Assembly: GCA_039916225.1 (NCBI GenBank)
Contig: JBDSLU010000366.1
Span: forward strand, 1,115-65,114
Direction of reading: 5' to 3'
DNA length: 64,000 nt
Source of the DNA: Vicinamibacteraceae bacterium
GTDB lineage: Bacteria; Acidobacteriota; Vicinamibacteria; Vicinamibacterales; Vicinamibacteraceae
Every line of letters starts with the position of its first letter. The stretch's first letter is position 1. Both the position numbers and the translations under genes were made by a program. The notes under the pieces are model-generated. The model searched no databases, was not told where the DNA came from, and was given only the letters and a program-made list of their open reading frames with translations. Positions 37,033 through 46,109 of this stretch are shown in pieces.

Positions 37033-37884
37033 ATGTCCAATCTCGCCTCGGTCGACGTCGCGCCGGATGCGCCGGCGCGGCTCGCCGCTGGTCCGCTCGG
37101 CAGCAGGATGACGCGCCTCGCCGCCCGCGTCGGGTCGGCGCTGCTGCCGTTCGCGGGCATCGCGGCGCTGCTGGTGCTGTGGGATCTGGTCAGCCGCTTC
37201 GGCGGCACCGACCTGCCGTCGCCGATGCGCACCTGGGAGGTCAGCAGGCCGCTGATCGTCGAGCCGTTCGCCAAGCGCGGCGAGCTCGACCAGGGCATCC
37301 TGCGCTTCACGTGGTATTCGCTGATCCTGGTCGCCAAGGGCTACGCCCTGGCCCTGCTGCTCGGGACGCCGCTCGGCTTCCTGCTCGGTCTCTCGTCGCT
37401 GTTCCGGAAGGCGTTCGACCCGATCATCCAGATCCTGCGCCCGGTCTCGCCGCTGGCGTGGCTGCCGCTCGGTCTGGTGCTGTTCCAGAACTCCAAGCCG
37501 GCGTCGCTGTTCACCATCGCCATCTGCGCGATGTGGCCGACCGTGCTCAACACGGCGATGGGGGTGCGGGCGATCCCGCAGGACTACCTCAACGTCGCGC
37601 GGGTGTTGCGGCTGTCACCGGCCAAACGCTTCTTCAAGGTGCTGGTGCCGGCGACGCTGCCCTACATGTTCACCGGCTTCCGCCTGAGCCTCGGCATCGC
37701 CTGGCTGGTGATCGTCGCCGTCGAGATGCTCACCGGCTCGCCCGGCGTCGGCGGCTTCCTCTGGCAGGAATACAACAGCCTGATCTACGAGCACATCATC
37801 CTGTGCATCCTCACCATCGGCGTGGTCGGCTTCGGGCTCGATCGGATCATGAGCGTCATCGAAACGCGCCTGCGCGGCGCCTAG
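37033..37884 (+). CDS. nrtB: nitrate ABC transporter permease
   Basis: BPD-transporter inner-membrane component with an EAA-like loop (AMGVRAIPQDYLNVARVLRLS). In-frame ATG at 37033. Confidence 0.85.
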   Translation: MSNLASVDVAPDAPARLAAGPLGSRMTRLAARVGSALLPFAGIAALLVLWDLVSRFGGTDLPSPMRTWEVSRPLIVEPFAKRGELDQGILRFTWYSLILVAKGYALALLLGTPLGFLLGLSSLFRKAFDPIIQILRPVSPLAWLPLGLVLFQNSKPASLFTIAICAMWPTVLNTAMGVRAIPQDYLNVARVLRLSPAKRFFKVLVPATLPYMFTGFRLSLGIAWLVIVAVEMLTGSPGVGGFLWQEYNSLIYEHIILCILTIGVVGFGLDRIMSVIETRLRGA

Positions 37885-37893
37885 GAGGTTCAC

Positions 37894-38751
37894 ATGGCGT
37901 GTCTCGAATTGCAGGACGTCTCCAAGGGATATCGCAACGGCGGCCGCACCGTCGAGGTGCTGTCGCACGTCAACCTGCAGGTGTCCGAGGGGGAATTCGT
38001 CGCCATCGTCGGCTACTCCGGCGCCGGCAAGACGACCCTCGTCTCGCTGCTCGCCGGCCTGGCCGCGCCGGACAGCGGCCGGGCGTTGTTCGAGGGCCAG
38101 CCGATGAGCGGGCCAGGCCCCGAGCGCGGCGTGGTCTTCCAGAACTACTCGCTGCTGCCGTGGCTGTCGGCCTACGACAACGTCCGGCTCGCGGTCGACG
38201 AAGTGCACAGCGGCTGGACGGCGGCGCGGCGCCGGAAGCACATCGAGGCGTGCCTCGAGATGGTCAGCCTGCTGAACGCCCGCGATCGCAAGCCGGCCCA
38301 GCTCTCCGGTGGCATGCGGCAGCGGGTCGCGCTGGCACGCGCGCTGTCGCTCGACCCGAAGGTGCTGCTGCTCGACGAGCCGCTCTCGGCGCTGGACGCC
38401 CTGACGCGGGCCAGCCTGCAGGCCGAGATCGCGCGCCTGCACGGCGAGGAGCGGACCACGGTCGTGCTCGTCACCAACGACGTGGACGAGGCGATCCTGC
38501 TCGCCGATCGCATCGTGCCGCTGTCGGCCGGGCCGCGCGCCACGCTCGGCCCCTCGATTGCGGTCGATCTGGAGCGGCCGCGCAGCCACACGTCACTGAA
38601 CCGGTCCCCGGAGTTCAAGCGCATCCGCGAGTCGGTCATCGACTACCTGCTCGGATCGGCCGGCCGCGTCCGACCGGCAGCGCGCGTGCCGGATCACGTG
38701 GCCGCGGCGGCCACCGTCGACCTGATGACCGCGGAACTGGGCGACGCATGA
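37894..38751 (+). CDS. nitrate ABC transporter ATP-binding protein (NrtC/NrtD type)
   Basis: Walker A GYSGAGKTT, signature LSGGMRQR and Walker B LLLDEP. Confidence 0.85.
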   Translation: MACLELQDVSKGYRNGGRTVEVLSHVNLQVSEGEFVAIVGYSGAGKTTLVSLLAGLAAPDSGRALFEGQPMSGPGPERGVVFQNYSLLPWLSAYDNVRLAVDEVHSGWTAARRRKHIEACLEMVSLLNARDRKPAQLSGGMRQRVALARALSLDPKVLLLDEPLSALDALTRASLQAEIARLHGEERTTVVLVTNDVDEAILLADRIVPLSAGPRATLGPSIAVDLERPRSHTSLNRSPEFKRIRESVIDYLLGSAGRVRPAARVPDHVAAAATVDLMTAELGDA

Positions 38752-39548
38752 GCACCGGCCTGACCCTCGAGGGGCTCACCAAGACCTACCCGACGCCGGA
38801 CGGCACCGGCCGCGTCGTCGTCATGCGGGACTTCACGCTGACGCTCGAGCCCGGCGAATTCGTCTGCCTGGTCGGGCATTCGGGCTGCGGCAAGTCGACG
38901 GCACTCAGCATCGCCGCCGGCCTCAACACCGCCGACGCCGGCCACGTCACCGTCAACGGCGCGGTCGTCGACGGGCCGGGCCTCGATCGCGGCGTCGTCT
39001 TCCAGGCGCCGTGCCTGCTGCCGTGGCTGACCGCGCTCGACAACGTCCGGCTCGGCATCGATCAGGCCAAGCCGAAGCTGGCGAAGAAGGAGCGCGTGGC
39101 GCTGGCCATGCGCTATCTCGAGAAGGTCGGCCTGGGCGACGCCGCGCACGTCAAGCCAGCCGAGCTGTCGCAGGGCATGCAGCAGCGGGTCGGCATCGCC
39201 CGGGCGTTCGCACTCGCGCCGCGTGTCCTGCTCCTCGACGAGCCGTTCGGGATGCTGGACTCACTGACGCGGGTCGAGCTGCAGGAAGTGCTGCTGCAGC
39301 TGTGGCGGGCCGAGCGCACCACTGCATTGATGGTCACGCACGACGTCGACGAGGCGCTGTTCCTCGCGGATCGCGTCGCGTTGATGACCAACGGGCCTGA
39401 CGCACGGCTCGGCGCCGTCCTGAAGGTGCCGTTCGCGCGGCCCCGGGAGCGGCACGAGGTGATGGCGCATCCGGCCTTCTTCGAGCTTCGCGAGGACATC
39501 ATGACGTTCCTCGAAACGCACGCTTACCAGCGGGCACCGGCCGCCTGA
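38748..39548 (+). CDS. second nitrate ABC transporter ATP-binding protein (NrtC/NrtD type)
   Basis: The ATG overlaps the upstream stop (ATGA). Walker A GHSGCGKST, signature LSQGMQQR and Walker B LLLDEP. Confidence 0.85.
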   Translation: MSTGLTLEGLTKTYPTPDGTGRVVVMRDFTLTLEPGEFVCLVGHSGCGKSTALSIAAGLNTADAGHVTVNGAVVDGPGLDRGVVFQAPCLLPWLTALDNVRLGIDQAKPKLAKKERVALAMRYLEKVGLGDAAHVKPAELSQGMQQRVGIARAFALAPRVLLLDEPFGMLDSLTRVELQEVLLQLWRAERTTALMVTHDVDEALFLADRVALMTNGPDARLGAVLKVPFARPRERHEVMAHPAFFELREDIMTFLETHAYQRAPAA

Positions 39549-39660
39549 CGCCGCGCGCCGCAGGGCGGCGCCATCGAGTCCTTTCACCATTTTGCCAACG
39601 CCCCCAGTGTGTCGAATCGCAACCGATTCGACGCCACGGGAGAGGTCTACTTACCGACAC

Positions 39661-40929
39661 ATGGATACGCTTACTCGCATCGCCGCCCCCGTCGTTCTCG
39701 CCTTCGCGCTGACGGCTGCCGCCCAGGCCCAGACGCCCGCCCCGGCTCCCGCGACGCCGCCGCCCACCGCGCCGGCCGCGGCCGCGACCCCGGCCAAGGC
39801 GCCCGAACCGATCAAGGTGACGCCCTACGGCATCGCCTACTTCAATGCCTTCTCGAACTCCGACGCGGTGAACAACGGCGACGTGCCGCTCTTCGCGGCG
39901 GCCAGCGGGCCGGGTCACCTCGGCATGACCGCGCGGCAGAGCCGTCTCGGCATCCGCGTCACCGGCGCCACGCTCGGCAAAGCCAAGGTGTCGGCCGTGG
40001 TCGAGGGCGACTTCTTCGGCGGCTACCCGACCGTCGGCATCGGCGACAACATGGGCGTCTTCCGCCTGCGCCTCGCCAACGCCCGGATCGACTGGACCAA
40101 GGGCAGCCTCGTCGTCGGGCAGGACTGGATGATCTTCGCGCCGGTCAACCCGCTCTCGATCTCGTCGGCCGGCATTCCACTCTTTGCCGCCGGCGGCAAC
40201 CCGTGGTCGCGCCTGCCGCAGGTCCGCGGCGAGTGGAAGACGAAGAAGGTGCTGCTGCAGGGCGGCCTGCTGGCGCCGCAGACCGGCGATTTCAACTCGG
40301 CGTTCTTCTACCAGCCAGGAAGTGGCGCGCTCTCGGAGACGCCGTTCCTGCAGGGCCGCGCCGCCTTCACGCTCGCCAACTTCGCCGCGTCGAAGAAGGC
40401 CGCCACCATCGGCGTGTCCGGCCACTTCGGCCAGTCGCGGGTGACCACGCCGATCGATCGCACCGTCGACTCGAACGGCGTCGCGCTCGACTTCGTGCTG
40501 CCGCTCGGCACCAAGGTCACCGTGCAGGGCGAGGCGTTCACCGGCACCAACCTGGGCGGCTTCCAGGCCGGCGTGTTCCAGGGCCTCGTCGCCGACGGCG
40601 CCATCGTCGGTCCGACCGGCGCGCCCGTCCTCGATGGCCCGCGCGCGCTCGACACCACTGGCGGCTGGGTCCAGGTCGTCGCGGCGGTGACGCCGAGCGT
40701 CACGGTCCACGGCGGGTTCGGCATCGACGATCCCGACGACGCCGACTTCCTCACCGCGACGCGCCGCGAGTCGCGGCTCGAGAACACCGCGCTCTCGTTC
40801 GGCTTCCAGCACAAGGCGTCGGCGCAGATTTCGTGGGGCGTCGAATACCGCCGCCTCGAGACGACGTATCTGATCGCCGGCGACAAGGACAACAGCCACG
40901 TGAACGTCGGGTTCACGTTCACGTTCTGA
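39661..40929 (+). CDS. putative outer-membrane porin, co-directional with the nrt genes
   Basis: Signal peptide ending AQAQ, an Ala/Pro-rich linker, beta-strand periodicity and a C-terminal VNVGFTFTF. Confidence 0.6.
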   Translation: MDTLTRIAAPVVLAFALTAAAQAQTPAPAPATPPPTAPAAAATPAKAPEPIKVTPYGIAYFNAFSNSDAVNNGDVPLFAAASGPGHLGMTARQSRLGIRVTGATLGKAKVSAVVEGDFFGGYPTVGIGDNMGVFRLRLANARIDWTKGSLVVGQDWMIFAPVNPLSISSAGIPLFAAGGNPWSRLPQVRGEWKTKKVLLQGGLLAPQTGDFNSAFFYQPGSGALSETPFLQGRAAFTLANFAASKKAATIGVSGHFGQSRVTTPIDRTVDSNGVALDFVLPLGTKVTVQGEAFTGTNLGGFQAGVFQGLVADGAIVGPTGAPVLDGPRALDTTGGWVQVVAAVTPSVTVHGGFGIDDPDDADFLTATRRESRLENTALSFGFQHKASAQISWGVEYRRLETTYLIAGDKDNSHVNVGFTFTF

Positions 40930-40931
40930 CC

Positions 40932-42299
40932 CTACGGTGATGCCGGCTGCAACAATCGGCCGAGGCGTCGCCCGATGAGCGACACGAGAAGGCCTCCGGC
41001 CGCTGAGATGGCGGCGTGCATCGCCCAGAACTGGGCTGGGCTCATCTGCTCGTAGAAGCCGCCGATCCACCCGACCAGGGTGTTGGCGACGAACAGGCTC
41101 ATGAAGGCCAGCCCCATCAGGGTGGCGTTCACGCTGGCTGGCGCGGTGCGCGAGACGAGCGCGAGGAGCGTAGGCCAGTAGTACAGGAAGCAGAGGCCCA
41201 GACCCGCACTGTAAAGGATCGGCCAGATCGGGTGGACCGGCGCGTCGCCAGAGGTCAGGATGGCCGCGACCAGGATCAGATTGCTGGCCGCCGCGACCCA
41301 GGATCCCGTGCCGATCTTGGCGAGCTCGTCCGGCTCGCGCCCCCGCAACGCCTGTCGACGCCATATCCAGAAGAGGAGCGGTACGAACACGATGCTGGCC
41401 CCCGCATTCACCGCCTGATACCACGGCACCGGGATCCGGAAGCCGCCGACGTCGAGGGCGACGTGCTGCTGAATCCAGATGGGACTGACGTTGAAGACCT
41501 GCGAGTAGGCCACTGTCTGGAAGATCGTGATGACGATCACGGCGATGAGCGCGTAGACGATCTGTCGTTCGGGTGCGGTGAGTCGAGCACCTTCGAACGT
41601 ACGCCGCTCCACCCTCGCCGGCAGATACCGGTATCCGTAGAGATACGTAGCCAGGCCAACCAGCATGAAGATCGCGGCCACACCGAAGCCATAGTGCCAG
41701 CCATAGACCTGCGCGAGCAGGCCGCACACGACGGGGCCGGCGACCGCTCCGATGTTGATGGCCGTGCTGAAGATGATGAACCCGCGGGTGCGCCGGGTCT
41801 CGTCCTCGCGGGGGTAGACGGCGCCGACTTGCGCTGAAATATTGCCCTTCAGGAAGCCCGAGCCGACGACGAGCGCCAGCAGGGCGAGCAGGAATGACTG
41901 GTCGAACGTCATGGCGATATGACCGGCGCTCATACACAGGGCGCCGATCACCACACCATTGCGCTGTCCGATCCAGCGATCGGCAATGACGCCGCCGAGC
42001 AGCGGCGTGAAGTAGACGAAGCCGGAGTAGAGGCCGAAGATCTGCGAGGCCAGAGCCTGCGTCGACAGCGGGCCGACGAGTGATTCCACGGCGGCCCGGA
42101 ACCCGGCAAATCCGGCGATGTGCTCGACATGGCCCGGCAGCAGGAGCTGGTTCACCATGTACAGGGCAAGCAGCGCCGTCATGCCGTAATAGGAGAAGCG
42201 CTCCCAGGCTTCGGTGAAGGCGAGATAGAAGAGGCCTCTCGGATGGCCCAGGAAGGCCACGTCATCGGCGGGCGTGGCCGCAATATTCATCGTGGTCAT
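40932..42299 (-). CDS. POT/PTR2 family di-/tripeptide:proton symporter
   Basis: PTR2 signature FYLAFTEAWERFSYYGM. Multi-TM protein. ATG at 42299 chosen. Confidence 0.85.
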   Translation of the reverse strand: MTTMNIAATPADDVAFLGHPRGLFYLAFTEAWERFSYYGMTALLALYMVNQLLLPGHVEHIAGFAGFRAAVESLVGPLSTQALASQIFGLYSGFVYFTPLLGGVIADRWIGQRNGVVIGALCMSAGHIAMTFDQSFLLALLALVVGSGFLKGNISAQVGAVYPREDETRRTRGFIIFSTAINIGAVAGPVVCGLLAQVYGWHYGFGVAAIFMLVGLATYLYGYRYLPARVERRTFEGARLTAPERQIVYALIAVIVITIFQTVAYSQVFNVSPIWIQQHVALDVGGFRIPVPWYQAVNAGASIVFVPLLFWIWRRQALRGREPDELAKIGTGSWVAAASNLILVAAILTSGDAPVHPIWPILYSAGLGLCFLYYWPTLLALVSRTAPASVNATLMGLAFMSLFVANTLVGWIGGFYEQMSPAQFWAMHAAISAAGGLLVSLIGRRLGRLLQPASP

Positions 42300-42315
42300 C
42301 GTACGACTTCGGGGA

Positions 42316-43380
42316 TCACCGAGGCGCGGCGGCGGGCAGCACGCGCGTAGCGACGCCGACGGCCAGCGACTGCAGGTCGGCATCGTCGCCGTTACCGAGC
42401 ACAATCACCGCGAGGCGCTCGTCGATGAAGCGCAGGTAGAACGCACGGAAGCCTGGGAGCGACCCGCCGTGGTGCACCGCGGCCCGACCGGCGAGCGTCC
42501 CGACGGACCAGCCGAAGCCGTAGCCGGCGGGACTGCCGTCGTTCAGCCGCACGTCGGTCCACATCTGCTTTCGGGCGGCCTCGCGCAGCACGGCGTCGGT
42601 GACGAGCACGGCTTCCCAGCGTGCCAGGTCTTCGACCGTCGAGAAGAACGCGCCGCTCGGCCGCACCGCCGGCCAGTCCACGGCTGGCGCGAGACGGTCC
42701 TTGCCGGTGTAGCCCGTGGCCTTGTTGGGGAACGCGTCGGTCGTGGTGGGGCGGCTCGCCGTCATGCCCGACGCCGCGAACACCTTCTCGCCGATGTATC
42801 GGGTCCACGGCCGACCGGACACGCGCGTGATGATTTCGGCCAGCGTGAAGTAGCCGAGGTTCGAGTAGGAATACTTCTCGCCCGGTTTCGACTGCAGTGC
42901 CCGCGCGTAGCCGCTCCGGACCACGTCGATGTCCGGCTTCGGCGTGAACGGCTCGAACGCCGGTCCCTCGCGGATCAACCCGGCGGTGTGCGAGAGCAGG
43001 TGCCGCAGGGTGATGCCGTTCCACGCCTCCGGCGCATCCGGCAGATAGGTGCGAACCGGATCGTCCACCTTCAGCTTGCCGTCCTGGGCGAGCAGCATGA
43101 TGGCGGTGGCGATGAACTGCTTGCTGACCGAGCCGATCTTGAACGCGGTGCTGGTCGCGACCGGGATGTTCTTCTCCCGGTCCGCCACGCCGTAGCCGGC
43201 GATCTTCGTCACCGTGCCGTCGCGCACCACCGCCAGGGCGATCCCCGGGATGTGCTGGCGCTGCATCTCCGCCTTGACGTAGTCGTCGACGCAGTCGGCA
43301 GGAGCCTGGGCAAAGGCCGCTGGCGCGAGAATGAGCGCGAGCAGGGCGGCCAAGGCGGGTCGACGCATCATGCGCGTCAT
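42316..43380 (-). CDS. serine hydrolase, beta-lactamase/transpeptidase-like (class C type)
   Basis: Signal peptide, SxxK motif (GSVSKQF) and YSN motif (YSYSNLGY). Confidence 0.8.
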   Translation of the reverse strand: MTRMMRRPALAALLALILAPAAFAQAPADCVDDYVKAEMQRQHIPGIALAVVRDGTVTKIAGYGVADREKNIPVATSTAFKIGSVSKQFIATAIMLLAQDGKLKVDDPVRTYLPDAPEAWNGITLRHLLSHTAGLIREGPAFEPFTPKPDIDVVRSGYARALQSKPGEKYSYSNLGYFTLAEIITRVSGRPWTRYIGEKVFAASGMTASRPTTTDAFPNKATGYTGKDRLAPAVDWPAVRPSGAFFSTVEDLARWEAVLVTDAVLREAARKQMWTDVRLNDGSPAGYGFGWSVGTLAGRAAVHHGGSLPGFRAFYLRFIDERLAVIVLGNGDDADLQSLAVGVATRVLPAAAPR

Positions 43381-43386
43381 CCTAGC

Positions 43387-43941
43387 CTACCGAGGTGCCG
43401 GCAGCTCCCACCGCATGTCCAGGTCCTGTCGGCGGTGCACCGGGACGCGGGCTCGACGGTCGAGCGTGCGCATGTGGCCATCTTCGACGACCAGCCGGAC
43501 GTCGAGGAATGATGGCGTCCTGGAGTGCAGCCCCAGTCGAAACGCGACTGTGATCACGTCGGACTCGGTGATCACGTCGGATGCGGTGATCACGTCGGCC
43601 TCGGTCGAGCGGGAGACCACCGCCTCGTTCGCGTGGAGGATCGTCCCGGTGGAGCGGGTCGCGCAGCCGGAGGCGCCGGGCTCCCACCACCAGATGCCGT
43701 GCGAGTCCCGCGGGTCGACGGCGATGCAGAGGCCCATGCCGTTGCTGAGGCCGACCTGGAGCGCCGTGCTGGTTACGAGATAGCGGCCGTCGCCCGGCGA
43801 GGATGGCTGACGGCAGCCCGCCACCGCCAGGACGCTCAGGAGGGCCGCGCTGCGTCGCCAAGGCACGGCATCAACCCAGACTCTTCTTGTGGCGCCGGCC
43901 GTCGCGTCCGCGAGTGCCGCCGGGCGGATCGCCATCGCCAT
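43387..43941 (-). CDS. hypothetical lipoprotein with an in-frame hexapeptide repeat
   Basis: Lipobox LAVAGC. Contains (E/A/S)DVIT x3, encoded by the 18-bp tandem repeat. Confidence 0.55.
   Translation of the reverse strand: MAMAIRPAALADATAGATRRVWVDAVPWRRSAALLSVLAVAGCRQPSSPGDGRYLVTSTALQVGLSNGMGLCIAVDPRDSHGIWWWEPGASGCATRSTGTILHANEAVVSRSTEADVITASDVITESDVITVAFRLGLHSRTPSFLDVRLVVEDGHMRTLDRRARVPVHRRQDLDMRWELPAPR
43550..43603. repeat. 3 x 18-bp tandem repeat GTGATCACGTCGGNNNCG inside a CDS
   Basis: Units at 43550-67, 43568-85 and 43586-603. Each contains the palindrome GTGATCAC. Confidence 0.9.
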
Positions 43942-43949
43942 CGACGTGC

Positions 43950-44426
43950 TTAGTTTCTCGGCCCCGACAGCCCGACGTCCACGCCATGCCGTCTCGCCCA
44001 TTTTGCGGCGATGCCGGGGAACTTGAACACCAGGATGAGGCCGAACAGTGGGACCGAGGCCAACGTGAGCAGGCGCGAGTCGGCGTCGACGAGCGCCAGC
44101 AGCTTGGCGCTGAAGATCCGAATTGGAAAGGTCACGCCGATCATCACCAGCGCTGCCGCTGGCGCCTGCGGCCCGTTCACGAAGACCGCGTAGACCAACG
44201 ACATCCATTGGATGGCGACCAGGGTGACAAGAACGCGATGCGTACGGGCCACGGCTTGGACGTCGCCCAACGGCAATTCGACGGCCGCGGGCATCAGGAT
44301 GCCTCGCCGCGACTGCTCCGCCCGGAGAATCGCCTGCGCCTCGTCGCCGTAGTCGGAGAGGACCTCGAGTGCTTCGCGGACCTGCTCGTCGTTCCGGTTC
44401 CTCCACAGAGTCTGCAGATCGGACAT
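43950..44426 (-). CDS. hypothetical membrane protein
   Basis: 158 aa, with a soluble ~45-aa N-terminus followed by three or four hydrophobic segments. No motif recognised. Confidence 0.5.
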   Translation of the reverse strand: MSDLQTLWRNRNDEQVREALEVLSDYGDEAQAILRAEQSRRGILMPAAVELPLGDVQAVARTHRVLVTLVAIQWMSLVYAVFVNGPQAPAAALVMIGVTFPIRIFSAKLLALVDADSRLLTLASVPLFGLILVFKFPGIAAKWARRHGVDVGLSGPRN

Positions 44427-44488
44427 CTCACGCCTGCTTTCGAAGACGCCCAGCCCGTATTCTGACGCCGCCGCGACGCGCGTGCGGC

Positions 44489-45982
44489 TTACTTCGCGCC
44501 GAGCGAGAACAGCTGGTTGCGACTGGTGATGAACAGCCCGCCGTTGATGGCGATGGGCGTCGAGTAGACCGAGCTGCCCATGTTCATTTCCCCGAGCACC
44601 TTCAGCGTCTTGCCCGGCTGCAGGATGGCGATGTCGCCGTCCTCGTCACCCAGGTAGATCTTGCCGTCGGCGACCATCGGCGAGCCCCAGATCGCGGCGA
44701 ACATGTCGTGCGTCCAGTAGGCCTGGCCGGTCTTCTGATCCAGGCAGTGCAGGAAACCGGAGAAGTCGGGCCAGTAGATCAGGCCGTCGCTGATCGCCGG
44801 CGTCGACACCGAGCGGCGGATCTTGTCGTAGTGCCAGAGCCGTCCCGTGGTGGTGATGTCGCCGCGCTTGGTGGCGTCGATGGCGTAGGCGTGACCGACG
44901 CCCTCGCCGTGCTCCGGATCCTGGCCGTTCGAGATGTAGACGACGTCGCCGACGATGACCGGCGTGCTGATCACCTCGTTCCGGGTCTTCGGCCAGACCG
45001 AGTCCTTCGGGTTGGTGTCGAACTCCCACAGCTTCTTGCCGGTCAGCGCCTCGTAGCCGCGGATCCAGCCGTCGCCCTGGGCGTTGACCACCTGCACCTG
45101 GCCGCCGATCGTGCCGACGGCCGGCGACGACCACTGGCCGTGCAGGATTTTGTCGAACACCGAGTTGTCTTCCCACGCCAGCTTGCCGGTGGTCTTGTTG
45201 ATGGCGATGATTGCCGGCGCCTTGGGCGACGGGATGTTGACGTGGCTCTCGTCCTGCCCGTTCGACGTCATCACGTAGATGAGATCGCCGTGGATTACCG
45301 GCGACGAGTTCGACAGGTTGTGCGGGAAGGCGCCGACCTCCTCCATCATGTCGAACTTCCAGATCACGTCGGCGTCCTTCTCGGAGGTGAACTTCTCCTC
45401 CTTGAACGGGCCGTCGTTCTCGTTGGCATCGCGGAAGCCCTCGACGTCGAGGCACATCACCTCGCCGCGGTTGCTCACGTAGTAGTAGCGCTCGCCTTCG
45501 ACCAGACCGGAGCTGGCGACGCCCTGGAACGGCCAGTCATTGACGCGCCCGGCCGCCACCTTCTCGTGGGTGTTCTGCCACAGGAACTCGCCGGTGTCCT
45601 GCTTGAACGCCATCACCACGCCGCGATCACCGGTCTGCTTGGGATCGCGGAGCAGCTCGTTGTTGGTGCCGACGAACACCCGCCCACCGGCGACGGTGGC
45701 GTTGCCGTAGGTCTGCGAGCCGAGGTCGGCCACCCACCTCACGTTGGCTTTGGTCTTCACGTCCCACTTGTCGGGGAGGCCGGTGGCCGCCGACACCATG
45801 TTGCGGGACGGGGTGCCGCCCCACATCGGCCAGTCGGTGGCGCCGGCCATCGGCACGCCGTCACCGCGAAGAACGGAGGCGGAAGCGGCGAGTACGACGC
45901 CGCCCGCGAGGGCGAAAGCAGCGGTTGCGCGGATCCAGGCAGTCCGCGGTGGAACTGGCGCTGCATTCGACGGGCGATGCAT
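44489..45982 (-). CDS. PQQ-like beta-propeller repeat protein (BamB-like fold), secreted
   Basis: Signal peptide, then DWPMWGG. Repeated G.vy.g..dg.l.ald..tGk..W blades. The only in-frame ATG upstream of the signal peptide lies inside repeat copy 2. Confidence 0.8.
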   Translation of the reverse strand: MHRPSNAAPVPPRTAWIRATAAFALAGGVVLAASASVLRGDGVPMAGATDWPMWGGTPSRNMVSAATGLPDKWDVKTKANVRWVADLGSQTYGNATVAGGRVFVGTNNELLRDPKQTGDRGVVMAFKQDTGEFLWQNTHEKVAAGRVNDWPFQGVASSGLVEGERYYYVSNRGEVMCLDVEGFRDANENDGPFKEEKFTSEKDADVIWKFDMMEEVGAFPHNLSNSSPVIHGDLIYVMTSNGQDESHVNIPSPKAPAIIAINKTTGKLAWEDNSVFDKILHGQWSSPAVGTIGGQVQVVNAQGDGWIRGYEALTGKKLWEFDTNPKDSVWPKTRNEVISTPVIVGDVVYISNGQDPEHGEGVGHAYAIDATKRGDITTTGRLWHYDKIRRSVSTPAISDGLIYWPDFSGFLHCLDQKTGQAYWTHDMFAAIWGSPMVADGKIYLGDEDGDIAILQPGKTLKVLGEMNMGSSVYSTPIAINGGLFITSRNQLFSLGAK

Positions 45983-46097
45983 CCCGCCGCTCGTCGTTGC
46001 TCGTCGCTCGCATGTAACCAACATTCTCGCTCCTCGCGCCTTGACCGACGGGCGCCTCGCCCGTCTCGATGCGACGCGCCACTTCCACCACGGGCTG
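45940..46097 (-). repeat. 159-nt-class imperfect-palindrome intergenic element, copy 2 (158 nt)
   Basis: The reverse complement is about 89% identical to 3295-3453. It lies 12 nt after the stop of 46110..48398 and overlaps the first 14 codons of 44489..45982. Confidence 0.85.
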
Positions 46098-46109
46098 CTG
46101 GCCATCGTC

